Origin: Haliotis rubra
Lineage: Eukaryota
Reading direction: 5' to 3'
DNA: 64,000 bases
NCBI RefSeq assembly: GCF_003918875.1
Contig: NW_025767302.1
Span: 1,860,001 to 1,924,000 of the forward strand
This document shows positions 38,628 through 52,345 of the stretch, piece by piece (within the stretch, counting starts at the first letter, position 1; the number at the start of each line of letters is the position of its first letter). The notes under the pieces are model-generated. The model worked only from the letters and a program-made list of their open reading frames with translations, ran no database searches and was not told the DNA's origin. The translations under genes were made by a program, and so were the position numbers.

Positions 38628-40545
38628 CTACAGTCACAGATATGGTACGAGTCAGACCCTACAGTCACAGATATGGTACGAGTCAGACCCTACATTCACA
38701 GATATGGTACGAGTCAGACACTACAGTCACAGATATGGTACGAGTCAGACCCTTCAGTCACAGATATGGTACTAGTCAGACCCTTCGGTCACAGATATGG
38801 TACGAGTCAGACCCTTCAGTCACATATATGGTACGAGTCAGACCCTACAGTCACAGAAATGGTACATGTCAGACCCTACAGTCACAGATATGGTACAAGT
38901 CAGACCCTACAGTCACAGATATGGTACATGTCAGACCCTACAGTCACAGATATGGTACGAGTCAGACCCTACAGTCACAGATATGGTACGAGTCAGACCC
39001 TACATTCACAGATATGGTACGAGTCAGACACTACAGTCACAGATATGGTACGAGTCAGATACTTCGGTTACATATATATGGTACGAGTCAGACCCTACAG
39101 TCACAGATAAGGTACGAGTCAGACCCTTTAGTCACAGATATGGTACAAGTCAGACCCTAGAGTCACAGATATGGTACGAGTCAGACACTTCGGTTTCAGA
39201 TATGGTACGAGTCAGACCCTTCAGTCACATATATGGTACGAGTCAGACCCTACAGTCACAGATATGGTACGAGTCAGACCCTACAGTCACAGATATGGTA
39301 CGAGTCAGACACGACAGTCACAGATATGGTACAAGTCAGACCCTTCGGTCACATATACATGGTACGAGTCAGACCCTTCAGTCACAGATATGGTACAAGT
39401 CAGACCCTTTGGTCACAGATATGGTACGAGTCAGACCCTTCAGTCACAGATTTGGTACAAGTCAGACCCTACAGTCACAGATATGGTACAAGTCAGACCC
39501 TTCAGTCACAGATATGGTACAAGTCAGACCCTTCAGTCACAGATATGGTACAAGTCAGACCCTACAGTCACAGATATGGTACAAGTCAGACCCTTCAGTC
39601 ACAGATATGGTACGAGTCAGACCCTTCAGTCACAGATATGGTACGAGTCAGACCCTACAGTCACAGATATGGTACGAGTGCAAGTCAGACCCTTCAGTCA
39701 CAGATATAGTGCAGAGTCAGAACCCGACAGTCACAGATATGGTACAAGTCAGACCCTTAGGTCACATATACATGGTCACAGATGTAATGAAATGCAGTCA
39801 GACCCTTCAGTCACAGATATGGTACAAGTCAGACCCTTTGGTCACAGATATGGTACGAGTCAGACCCTTCAGTCACAGATTTGGTACAAGTCAGACCCTA
39901 CAGTCACAGATATGGTACAAGTCAGACCCTTCAGTCACAGATATGGTACAAGTCAGACCCTTCAGTCACAGATATGGTACAAGTCAGACCCTACAGTCAC
40001 AGATATGGTACAAGTCAGACCCTTCAGTAACAGATATGGTACGAGTCAGACCCTTCAGTCACAGATATGGTACGAGTAAGACCCTACAGTCACAGATATG
40101 GTACGAGTAAGACCCTTCAGTCACAGATATGGTACAAGTCAGACCCTTCAGTCACAGATATGGTACTAGTCAGACCCTTCGGTCACAGATATGGTACAAG
40201 TCAGACCCTTCAGTAACAGATATGGTACAAGTCAGACCCTTCAGTCACAGATATGGTACGAGTCAGACCCTACAGTCACAGATATGGTACGAGTCAGACC
40301 CTACAGTCACAGATATGGTACAAGACAGAACCCACAGTCATAGATACATAACAAGTGCAACCCTACAGTCATAGATACATAACAGGTGCAACCCTACAGT
40401 CACAGATACATAACATGTGCAACCATAGTCACAGATACATAACATGTGCAACACTACAGTCACAGATACATAACATGTGCAACCCTACAGTCACAGATAC
40501 ATAACAACTGCAAACCCTAGTCACAGATACATAACATGTGCAACT
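38620..40545. repeat. 31-bp minisatellite (~55 copies) grading into a related ~30-bp unit at ~40320-40545
   Basis: Unit gtcagaccctacagtcacagatatggtacga; the later unit is acagtcacagatacataacatgtgcaaccct. Confidence 0.97.
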
Positions 40546-41006
40546 TTTAACGTAATGGTCTGTCAGTTGCAAATTCCTATTCAATGCATGGTGGTGCATG
40601 CATAAAGTACATTATCTGGTTCCGTTGTTCGTAGAATTTTACTGAAAAGTATAGGTACTAGGGTATGACATGTCTAAATATTTGTGTGTTTTTTCGCTAT
40701 TTGATTGCTATTTTTCATTAGTGTCATACGCTGTAGATAATTTACTAAAAGAAAATATATTTAACAATATTATCTATGTTGTTAGTTATAACTGTTATTG
40801 TTCTTTCATTCGTACATTGTGATAGATTAATTCCATTTTTACGAAATATAATATCTGATACTTCAGGTACATTTATGAACTGTCCGAAAATTGTAGTAGA
40901 ACAACATTGTTTCCAGCAAAATAACATCTCGTAATAAGAAATCATAATCCGAATAATAGTTTCGAGTTTTTTTAAATGAAACAACTAAGGGGAACAACTC
41001 GTCATC

Positions 41007-41014
41007 ACTTCCGT
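41007..41014. promoter_or_regulatory. ETS-like motif (ACTTCCG) just upstream of the MED27 ATG
   Basis: cacttccg about 25 nt before the start codon; this motif is typical of housekeeping or bidirectional promoters. Confidence 0.3.
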
Positions 41015-41036
41015 TCAAGACGCTTTCTCCGGAGAC

Positions 41037-44000
41037 ATGGAAAATAAAACTGCAGCTAAATTGTCTTTAGAACAATTAGATAATCTAAACCAAGCAATTC
41101 GACTGACTCAGAAGCTGAGGTCAAGTGTTTCAAGAGTGTTTCATGATCTCAGCGATGGAATTGACAACACAAAGGGAAATGAAAAGACATTCCTGTCAGA
41201 CATTCAAAAGTCAATCGTGTCTGTGACAAATGATTTCAGGTGACCAGAAAATCTTCAGCTATGCAAATACTAAAGCTTTACCAAGCATGTGTACACGTGG
41301 AAGGTCATACAAATGAATTTGTATAAGTCCAATATTCACAGTGTATTCTCACAAATATAATATTTTTGTAATGCTCGTAATCTGAAAACATGTCTTGGGC
41401 CTAAACACTGCTAAAATTGGTATTGGACATCGTCCAACATGACGCTCAGCTTTCACTTTTGTGTTAGGCAGTTATCAATAGTGTGCTGTAATGGCTGTAA
41501 ATAGCATTCACTAACATGACGTTACAGTCACATAACAAATACTATTTTGATAAGACATGGTCTTGGTAAATGAAAGCAAGTAGTGCACTTTACCATGTTT
41601 CTTTCCTTCAGCAAGGAGGTTTGCATGGAGGATTGAACTTAGCTAAGTGAGGTTAATGAGTTAATGTAAGCAGCCATCACTATGAAGGGACCATGGGAGC
41701 TAACACAAATAATTAGTGCTCTTTTACCATTTGATCAGCATCTGAGTGTTTACCTTGATGTACATCACTATATGTGTAGTTGCCTTTCCCCCATTATAGC
41801 TGAAACTTTATGATCTTGATGAAACCAAAGTTGTACAGATGTTCCTGAAATTTTATTGGTTTAATTCACTCAAGCAGATAGGTACCTCACATCTAATCCT
41901 AAGACAACTATCCCTAAGCATCAAGGAGGCTACACGGGTTCTGTCATGCAGGAGATGCAGCCTCAATCAATATTGCACAAGAAGCTGTTCTTTGTAAACT
42001 GCAAAATAGCCTTTCCTGCCCAGAGTACATTATAATGGTAATCAGATGGAGAGCAACATAATCAGTGGTCAATCTCTTAGTTTCATTTTCTTTCTTCATA
42101 TCATGATTTTTTGTTTCCTGCATGTTCAAGAAAGCTTAACACTGGTGTGGATTATTTTAATATGAGATAGTATTGAGGTGAAAGAAAGGTCCTGTCAGAT
42201 GTTATCAGGGATATTAGTTAATGGTTTAATGTTTCAGTGAGCTTGAGAAGGTAGCCAACAACCTGAACCCCATACTCCAGACTCCAAACAGTGCCAATGT
42301 GTGCTTGGATCCTGCCATAGACAAGCTGCCTGTGTACTCACAGCTACTACAAGCATACAAGTGGACAAATAAAGTAAGAGATAAATGTTGGATTTAGGAA
42401 TATATCATAGTTTTATGATTAGGTTACTAATGTATCAGTGTTAAGCCTATTTCTGGTGTCCCCCACCGTGATATTGCTGGAACATTGCTAAAAGCGGGGC
42501 AAAACCAAACTCACTCACTACTAATGTTTCAGGCATTGGGGTAGCCTAGTGGTTAAAGCATTCGTTCATCACGCTGAAGACCCAGGTTCGATTCCCCACA
42601 TGGGTTTAATGTGTGAAGTCCATTTCTGGTATGCCCCCCTGGAATATTGCTAAAATCGTTGTAAAACTAAAGTCACTCACACGAATGTATCAGTCTAGCA
42701 GATAATATAGATAAGCTTATTGAAGGACATGGAATTAGGAAATGTTCAACAGTGGCAGTTTGATAAGTAAGTCATGAGGGTCCATAGAACAGGTAGTCCT
42801 TGAGACTGATTGCCTTGAAATGTAATAGTCCTAGTATTACTATCCCTTTAACTGTCAAATACACGTGATACATGTGCACGGTATGGTTTATGATACACTG
42901 GTGAATACAGACACTCTGTTGATATGTTAAAGGAGTTGTTTCATATAAACATAGTAATGTTATTAGTGGTTATGTTCAATTTAACATTTGCTGTACATTT
43001 TAACATTTGCTTAGTAGAATCCCTTGGTATTCAAAGATCCTGCATGTCTGTAGCAGCATAAGTTACCATACAGTTGTTTACTACAGAGAATAAGTTTTCA
43101 TGATGTGTTCCTACTACAGACAGCTGAGCATGCAGGGGCTGCTGCCGGTATCCTGCAGATGAACACGTTGAAGCGGTCTCCTCTCCCGGGAGTTTCATCA
43201 GGGATAAAGGGCATCAAGAGATCCAGAGCTCTTCCCATGCCATACAATGTGCCTGCATCGTAAGTGCTTTGTGCTTGCTTAGACAATACAGATATAACGG
43301 TATCCATGTGACCGTCTCCATCATGCTGTATCTGTATAATTACACTGTTCCCAGCAGCTGAGAATACATTTCAGAACTTTGAATATTGCTGAGCACAGTG
43401 TTAAACAGAAACCCCTATTAACGATAAATCAATCGATCTGAGACTCCATCAGTGTAGCGATCCTCACAATCGGTTTATCAACATTTATAACTTCCAAGAC
43501 ATAAATGTTGTCATTTGATATGATTCATATAACAATGCTCCATCAGATAGTTCAGGAAACCAAGTTTGATAAATGTTTGTATTGATTGATATTCATGATG
43601 TCCGTCAATCATTTACAGACCACCATCCAAGGTGTGGCATTAAACAAAGATAAATATAAAGCCCCATTAGTAATGGACATTTTAGGGTCATTTGCATCAA
43701 TGCATGTTGACTCTGCTCTATCTGATACTTTAGGAAAGATGGCTTGTTTCGTAACTGTTTATCTCTCCCACAGGGTGGTGGACAACTTGATAGCGGGTCT
43801 GGATCGTCAGTTTCCTGACATGGGAATCTGAGTCACCAGGCCCCTGGGGAGTTGTGCCATAGTACAGGTAGGTGGATGAATGGTTGCCAGCAAACTTGTC
43901 ATGCCTGGTGCAGAGTACATTCTGTGGATATTTATGTTGGTCTGTTGTTGAACATGTCTGTAGTGTGCCATGGAATAATTGAATCATATTTCAATGCTCC

Positions 44001-46709
44001 ATAGGGATGGTATATGTCCCTAGCACACTATTTAGGAGTAACTAACTTGGAGTGTGTTATCAGCCTTTGTGATTTCTTTGAATGTGCATCATCATGAGGT
44101 GTTAACTTTGTGTATTAGTACTAGAAATGAAGCTAAGTATATGTCAGTGACATGCCTAAATTGCATCCTATTCACCTCCAAACAACCAGCCAGATTCATC
44201 CCACTCATCTGAACACTCAGAATATCTCTGTGAAATGTTGTGTCACATGATGTGATACACATGATAGGAGGTAAACTGTTGATAAGATGACTGTAACTGT
44301 AAGTTGATGACGATATGTCCACTGTACATGTCATTGATGTTTTCAGTTGACGCTGGAGAGGACGTTGCGTGCCCTGATTGTGTTGAGAGGCTGCGTCATT
44401 GAGTGGGTGAAGATCAAAGGTTACCATGAAAACTTCCTTGCTGATGATGGCAAGGTGAGTTAACTCCTGTGTTTATATATTAAACTCCAGCCCAACAGCT
44501 AATCTAAGAAAATTGGCTGTCCCTGAGTTGACAGTCCCGATACCAAAGCTTCATTCGGGAATTCAGTTTTCAATATCTTACGTCTGGCATAATCTGCCCA
44601 AATTTCAATCCAAAGCCATGCTTTCAGGGAGCAGTAATTGGATGCAGAATACAAACTGAGCCATTTATGATATGTTTAATGCACAAAAGTCAGCAACTCT
44701 GTCAAGTGTTATCAACTGATCATGCATTGTTGACCTACGGGGATTATCATCGCAAGGTTTCTGTGATGTATATCAATATCTGGTCATATCAAAGTGCCAC
44801 TCATGACATGAATTTATCAACTAAATCTGCAAAATACATATAGGCCACCCCACCAAAATGTACATGTGTTTAAAAGCTCTTTTGTAGGTCAGGATTCAAA
44901 CTCTCTTGTAAATAATTATATCACTATCAGTACTCACTATCTGGCTGACAGGGTTACAGTCAGGTGGAGGGCAGGTAATGAAATAATGACATGATTATTG
45001 ATGTGATGTGACATCTGATTCTGTTCTGTTTGTTTGTTAACAGCATGAGTACAGGAGTTTATGAGGTAATGACACTACTGTTTCTCTTGCAGATTGACAT
45101 TTGGTCAGCCTCACGATACCAGGTGTTCCAGAAGGTTTGTGTAACCCCAGCAGTTGTCTTCTTCATGGGATTCATTATAATCTGTGTCAGGGTTAATAGA
45201 CCTGCAGTAGTTTTGTACTTGTAGATGTCTGTGTTGGAAAGAAGAATTATGTCTGCTATGGCCAAACAAAAAAAATTCTTTAAAATTTAGGGTAGGTAGG
45301 TAGGATTTTTTTCATTTTGGGGGGGAAGTAAAGTACAAACTAGTAACACATTTACCAATGTATAATTGTTTATGCAATAAAGGTTTAGGCCATGATGTCG
45401 ACTTTCTCTATCAGAAAAACCGATGTCTCTCAGTGCCGGGAAAAAACAATGGTATCTGAAAGCTTATTTCATTCATACCACTTTAAAAAAATAGGGTCGG
45501 CACCAGAATTCTAGGGTCAGTTGAGTAATGGGAACCACACATTTTTTTTAGGCCTATGCATGTTACTTGAGTGCATATGGGCTCAACAACACAGGTTAAT
45601 ACTCACTTTCTCACAGTTTGGTTGCTGATGATGTAAACACACTACATCACTTTATGTGGCCACAGTGATTGTGGCTAGTCCTTTTCTGAACATGCTAAAT
45701 ATGAAGTTTTTCAGAGGATATAGAATTGGTATATAGGCATAGTGATATCTTTCAAGGTTTATTGTGAACACATCAGGCATGCATTGAACTGGAGCTTTGC
45801 TGTTCAGGCAGTAAGTTAGACTTTGATTGAAATGAAGATGAAGTCTTTCTGTAGGAATAAATCACCTCTTGTCTTTCATTATGAAGGGTTTGCATGCACA
45901 GCTCACCTTAACAAATTCAATAATGCACTTCAGAGATCTAGAGTACAGGAACTCATCTTATTTCATGTAGGGCTATTGCCATGATTTCTGTGCAATGATG
46001 GTGAGATAAGTTTGTTGTGTTAAATCAGGGTTTACATTCTCAGTGTGTACTTGCATGGATTAACTTTGACTTCTTCTATTCCAGATAACTGATCATGCAA
46101 GTGCAGCATCTCTACATTTCTATCATCCCACCTACACAGAGCTGACAGTCAAATCACTTGTGGTGGGTGTACTTGGTGTTGTTAGTGGTTTGTCTGTAAC
46201 CATGGTAACTAGATGACTTACTGATATTTTCATGATTTTGTCAGCTTTTGAAAGGACATTCTCCTATTTCGTTAAGTAAGTTTGAAAAAGGTCAGTTTGG
46301 TGGATGAAATGTAGAGGCCATGGTTGGACCATTTGTACAAAGTTATGCTTGCCAGAATCCTGTGAAGACTATTCCAATTTAAAATCAATTTTATCATTAA
46401 GGTTCCTCCTAGTTATGATTCTTAATTTGTTGGCTCCATAACCATTCTTGTGGGTTTCACCAGAATTGTAAAAATCTGGACCTGCATCACTAAAGGTCCT
46501 CCTACCATGTTGAGTTGACTCACTGATAGAACTATGTCCTACAAACACAATAATCATGTGTTACTCTCTTCCAGCTGTGGCTTCGAGCCTACAACACACT
46601 GTTCTCGGCCCCCTGCAACAAGTGTGGCAAACACCTCCAGGGGGCACTGCCACCAACATGGCGAGACTTCCGCACACTTGTACCATACCATGAAGGATGT
46701 AAACAATAA
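41037..46709 (+). CDS. MED27: Mediator complex subunit 27 (311 codons plus stop; in-frame TGA at codon 179)
   Basis: Exons 41037-41239, 42238-42373 (LDPAIDKLPVYSQLLQAYKWTNK), 43120-43259, 43774-43867 (TGA at 43829-43831), 44347-44454, 45093-45134 (IDIWSASRYQVFQK), 46085-46162 (ITDHASAASLHF) and 46575-46709 (WLRAYNTLFSAPCNKCGKHLQGALPPTWRDFRTLVPYHEGCKQ*). Total 936 nt, all GT-AG. Confidence 0.93.
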
Positions 46710-46760
46710 ACTGATAATGTAAACTGTTTGTATCTTATTGCCTCATGAGATGGGCATTAT

Positions 46761-47027
46761 CAGTGTAGGAAAGATAGCCCATCCCAACGTCCGAGACGGG
46801 TGAATTTTGTGGAGGACGGGTTAAAAAAATATCTAGTCCGTCTTCATGTCGGGTCAATTTTAGCAAACCAATGACATATATATAATGATTATAACCTTTT
46901 TGAATATTTACTGCCTAAGGTGTTTTATTTATATTTGGAGGACAGGCCAGATTTTGGCAGGACTGGTAAAAAATTTGACCTGCCAGTCGTGTGGACAGGC
47001 TAGATTTTCTACATCTTTCCTACACTG
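46761..47027. mobile_element. hAT-like MITE just downstream of the MED27 stop
   Basis: TIR CAGTGTAGGAAAGAT / ATCTTTCCTACACTG with the duplicated flank gcattat on both sides. Confidence 0.75.
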
Positions 47028-49970
47028 GCATTATCATGATTGCATTTTCATCTTCCTTTCACAGTAACTGTCTATATATAATTAGGCGTGCAAGAACTTT
47101 TTCTTTGATGGTTTGATCGCCAGAAACAATGTGATAATGTTCACAAAGCAGTAAACATTCCAGATCCACATAGCCTACGGTTTTCTTTTCACAATAATGT
47201 GCCAGAATGTGACAAATGGCTTTTTCAAGCAAGCTTAATTAAACAATACTCACAACTATATGTGAGTGAGTGAGTTTAATTTTGGCATCACTCAGCAATA
47301 TTCCAGATGTATGGCAGCAGCCTGTAAATAATCAAGTCTTGACCAGACAATGCAGTGATCAACAGTCTGAACATGGATCTATGCAATTAGGATGCAGTGA
47401 GATGTTGGTCAACCAAGTCAGAAAGGCTGACCGCACAATCCTGTCAGTCGCCTCTTACCACAAGCATGGGTTACTGAAGATCAATTCTAACCAGGAGCTT
47501 CACGGGTTCTCAATGATATGTAATTGGAGTGTTTGTTTGTTATTTTGTCCACACATACATCTCTCCATGCAACAATGCATCAAGCAACCTCACTCACTCA
47601 TCTTCAGCTGTTCACAATAATTAAGAATTGTTTATTTGTGTACTTATGATTAATTACCCTTGTTCTTGGAAATATCTTTTGACAGATAATGATGTATTTG
47701 TACAAAGTGTGGGCAAACAAATTCTTTTCTTTCATCAATGTGTCTATCATCCAGACCAAATACAATCTGGTCCCTATAATACATACATACACATGTTTCA
47801 CATAGCCAACTGGTCACACATTGCCGACATCATATGTTCTATTTGCGATTACACTTTCTAACAGACACCACAAAGCCAGTACCACAATCTGGACATGCCA
47901 CACCAGTTGGCATTTTGATTAAATCATATCCTGGAAAAAAAACGTGAAACACACCAACATGACAATATGGAACCAACTCCTCAAGGACGCGATACCTTGA
48001 AGATCCGGGTTAGAATTGATCTTCACTAACCCATTCTTGTAAGAGGAGACACAAGATCGGGTGGTCAGGCTCGCTGACTTGTTTGACACGTCATCGGTTC
48101 CCAATTACGTAGATCGATGCTCATGCTGTTGATCACTGGCTTGTCTGGTCCAGACTCGATTACTTACAGAGCACCGCCATATAGCTGGAATATTGCTGAG
48201 TGTGGACAAAACAAAACCAACCTCAAGGAGGCTCTGTACACAAGTAGCTGAGTGAACGTGAATTAAAACTTAACGTAATGGCAGAAAAACAACAATATGA
48301 TATTACATTTTTCAAACTTAATCATGCTTGATTTTAGTAACAATTTCAAAGTGCTAGCTCTTAGTTGTTGAGTTTAGGTTGCAGCTACGCCTGTCCATGG
48401 GGTGGTTGACATACCACTGTTGACATCCAGCAGTGTCAGGCTGACCACACAGTATGAGTGTAGAGACCTGTGTGGCTAACAAACTATGTCTCACACACCC
48501 AACTCGTCACACATTGCCGACATCACTCCTTAACACATGGCATATTTAGGGTTAAACTCTCTCAGTTAGTACAGATTCTAGTTCATTTGGATGGAGTCCC
48601 ATCCGGGATACTAAGTCACACTTTCAAGGTGAGGCACCTAATCATGAGCGATCTCAACTCCCAGAGTGTGGGTTCGAATCACCGATAGGACTCAACCTAA
48701 ACAAGTACTAGAATCTGCTTTACTGAGAAGGTGTAATCCCTGATACAATGTTAGATTTGACCATGTTCTAAAAGGAGTGTTTTGTTGTTATTACTCTATG
48801 TTGGTACAACCATTAGCGAGCTCCGTGTCCTCCGGTATCTCGAGTTGCTGCCACAGTATGAGGCCTTCACCAATGACATACATAGTTGTGACTAGGATGG
48901 TTGGAAGATTCGTACATCATACCAAAGATATTGGAGTCTATTGTTTTGTCAGCATAGATAATATATTGAAATGCCATTTAATGTCAAGGATAATACTGGC
49001 ATCTCTTCCTGATGCCATAATATTACTGGAAATTCTTGGATAACATGGAAACTATGACATACGTAATCACTGATGCATTATCATAAACACACACACATAA
49101 CTACACGTTTGATTTTGGCATTGATCCAAATCTGAGACTTGTGCAAATAGTGCTTGCTAAGCTGCTCTATCCACCACTGACCCGTGACAATAATTAAAAC
49201 CTTTTATAGTCGCAAATCCTTTGTGGTGCCATGTTCTTTAATTATAAGTTATTATTAGTCACTCATACCGACCCTGAAGCAAATGTGTCTTAATTGTGGC
49301 AAGTCTCGATTACTAGATAACACTTTATTATATTTAATAAAGTTAATTTAGGAACCGTTTTTTCTGTAAAACATGTTCATCTCAGAGACGAGATCTTAGT
49401 CTCAGGTTAATATGTGTGCATAACGAAAACAAATGTACAATTTCATGTTGTTTCTCTCCCAAGAATAAGATATATTTAGGAACAGTTGATATGGACCTAT
49501 ACCTGGACCTATTCATAGAAGCGATCACGTGGTGAGATAAGGTAGGGAATATTTTACGGACTAGCACCACCTACATTTTGCGTTGTAGCTGTCCCCGGCT
49601 GAGGATGTGGAGAGACTTACTGCTGTGAAGGTAATGCCATATAGCATGTCGTAGTATAGATACCCTCGTGTATCTGACACTAGCATGTAGAAACAAGCGT
49701 GTGTTGAAATACATGGGAGTATCATCGACATTAACCATGTATTGATGAAGAAACATTGTAAATGGGAAATATGATTGTGTAGAAACATAACTCTTGTTTA
49801 ACAGAGTCGGTCTGTTCCCAAATATTAGCTCTGAGAAATGAAACAGTTATGCAGTTATGAAATAACACCAGTTGGATTATGCATGAAAGAAGACGCATAT
49901 CTACCGAAACTGGGGCCAGAGCTGCAATGTTATCGTTGTACATACGAATTATTGACTATTATGTTTTAAA

Positions 49971-50146
49971 GAAAACCAAGTTCTATGGATAGTCAACTTC
50001 TTTATTGTAATATGAGTGCGACGTTTCGGAGTGCGCTGGTACTAACACCGTTATCAAGCAAGTAATGGATGACTGTGTTAGTACCTACACCGAAACGTCG
50101 CACTCATTGCAATAAAGAAGTTGACTATCCATAGAACTTGGTTTTC
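49971..50146. repeat. Long near-perfect inverted repeat (Penelope-like terminus)
   Basis: gaaaaccaagttctatggatagtcaacttctttatt...gagtgcgacgtttcgg is mirrored by ccgaaacgtcgcactc...aataaagaagttgactatccatagaacttggttttc. Confidence 0.7.
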
Positions 50147-51734
50147 CTTCAACTTTACGACTTCTAAAAATGCATCTCAAAGAAGATACCATGTTTTACT
50201 TAGAAACTGATGTCCATGTTTATTTATGTACAATTTTTGCCTTTATTGTTTTATGGAGAACATGATGTTTAATAGTTGTGTTAATTTAGATGTTCATTCA
50301 TTAAGATCACAGAGACCATGTACTGACATGTGGTCGCTGGTGACAATTACAACATAAGTTTAGGTCTAACTCACCTTATACCAGACGTTATTGATTTTTA
50401 AAGCATGCTCTTCTCCCTTCATAGAATGGTATAGTAAGCGTTAGTTCCATTTGCTTGTTTTTCCAACCTCAAATGTTCTTGGAATAGGAAAATGTCATTT
50501 AGTTTGACATGAGTTTGTTTGTTTGTTTGTTTACATTTGAAGAACGTAGATTATGTCTGGCATGAAATATGGTGAGTTGGATGCTATTTATAGACTGTGG
50601 AAAACCTATACCGTCAGCTGCTAAATGTGACGCGTAATCCTACATCAGCTGGTGGTCGGCTGAGCTTCACATGTTGTCTATTTAATTATAGGCGCCGTCC
50701 AAGGGCAATAATGAACAGACTCTCTGAGTTTTCAGAAAACAGGTAAGTTCGACTGATTTCTGATAAAGAAATTGTTACTAGTTTGAAATTCTGTATTTAA
50801 CAAGCAGTTTTCTTAAAAGGTCTTGAATATTTCTCTGAAAATTGGATAACGTATTTGACTTGCTTGGTAATCCAGATACTGTGATGAAACGAATCTTATC
50901 TCGTTCTCGATATTTGCCAGTTTTGTGATTTGGATGTGAAAAACGTCTCTGAAATCTCATGACGTGGCCTCCAGCAACACCTGCTTGTCATAACAGGTGA
51001 CTGACAGGATAGGTCAGGTTGATGCATGTCATCGTATCCCAACAACGTAGATCGATCACCATGATGTCACGATTCGATTACTAGTATTTACAGACTGTCG
51101 TGATTATTGCCAAGTGCGGCGTTAAACAACAAACAAACAAATAAACCATGTACTCATATTGCTTGTGTCCTGAACTTTCAAGGTAAACAAATCAAATACC
51201 CTTTAAAAGTTCAATTCACTTGTTGTTTCTCTATGATGCGTGTCTTCGTTTACTCATGGTATGATTTAAAAGTCTGTAAATCCAATACCTATTTAAAGTT
51301 CAATTCACTTGTTGTTTCTCTATGATGCGTGTTTTCGTTTACTCATGGTATGATTTTTCTTCCTCGTGTATAATATAATGAATGTGGCATGGTCAGTGTA
51401 AGAGGGTTCACCCAGGCGAGACAACGCATGCACAAGATTATATATTCGTTTAAATAGAATGATATGTTTTAATCAGTTTTCAATTTGTGCATATTGATGC
51501 TGCGTTAAAAACTTATTACCTTTAGCATCCATACCTGTTGACAATTCAGATGGTTATTTTTCTGTTCTGTATGCGTTGTTCGAATGATCAACGTAATTCA
51601 CGACTGTATATAGTGGCTGTTGACGTAACTACTCGACAACATTGTCTTATCTTTCTATCTTATTGTGATTTGTGTTCTTCAACACCGTTCTCAGCACTAT
51701 TTCAGCTGTATGGTGGCGATAAACGAGCGAGGAA

Positions 51735-51905
51735 GCAGAGAGCGTGAATAGAGAGTGAGGGTGATATAGAGAGAGAGAGAGGGAGGGAAGCAGAGTGAAA
51801 GGGGGGAATAGAGTGATGGAGAGGGTGATAGAGGGACGGAGAGAGGGAGAGGGACGGAGAGAGGGAGAGAGAGAGAGAGAGGGAGAGAGAGGGAGGGAGA
51901 GAGAG
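51735..51905. repeat. GA-rich low-complexity/microsatellite tract
   Basis: (ga)n and ggga runs. Confidence 0.9.
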
Positions 51906-52345
51906 GCTTTTCGCCGCACGAAGAAGTACTGACAACAAGCCATGTTCTTTAAAATGCATGAAGAATTATAATTCACAATTGTCGACTGTCTCACAAAAAG
52001 AGTTTAATCTTTGTTAAAATACGTTCAGAGTCATATTTAGCGGTTACTTCATCCAACAGGGAAGCATACTAGTCATAATTGATGACTATCATCCGGGTCT
52101 TCCACTTGCATATGGTGTAGGTCGCCAGCTACGTGAAGATCCCACAACAGCCATCTGGAGGAATACCCGCATGGATGAATGTCACCAAGGTGTGTTCACT
52201 TGACTGAATGTCACCAAGGTTTGTTCACTTGGTGTACAGTGGGCCCAGAGACGAAGCAGACGGAGGTGCAACTGTAGGTGGGTCAGTCTACAGTGTGTCA
52301 GAATAGTGTCAGAGTAGTGACCCAGGCAGGTGGGAAGGTCGCCAG

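Noticed and set aside
38587-40374. Long + strand ORFs (up to 437 aa, MVRVRPYSHRYGTSQTLQSQIWYESDP...)
   Set aside because: Artefact of the stop-poor 31-bp minisatellite. It lies antisense in a Cactin intron, and all three frames give the same peptide.
43829-43831. MED27 as a selenoprotein
   Set aside because: No convincing SECIS seen and the position is not a conserved Cys. Kept only as a low-probability option.
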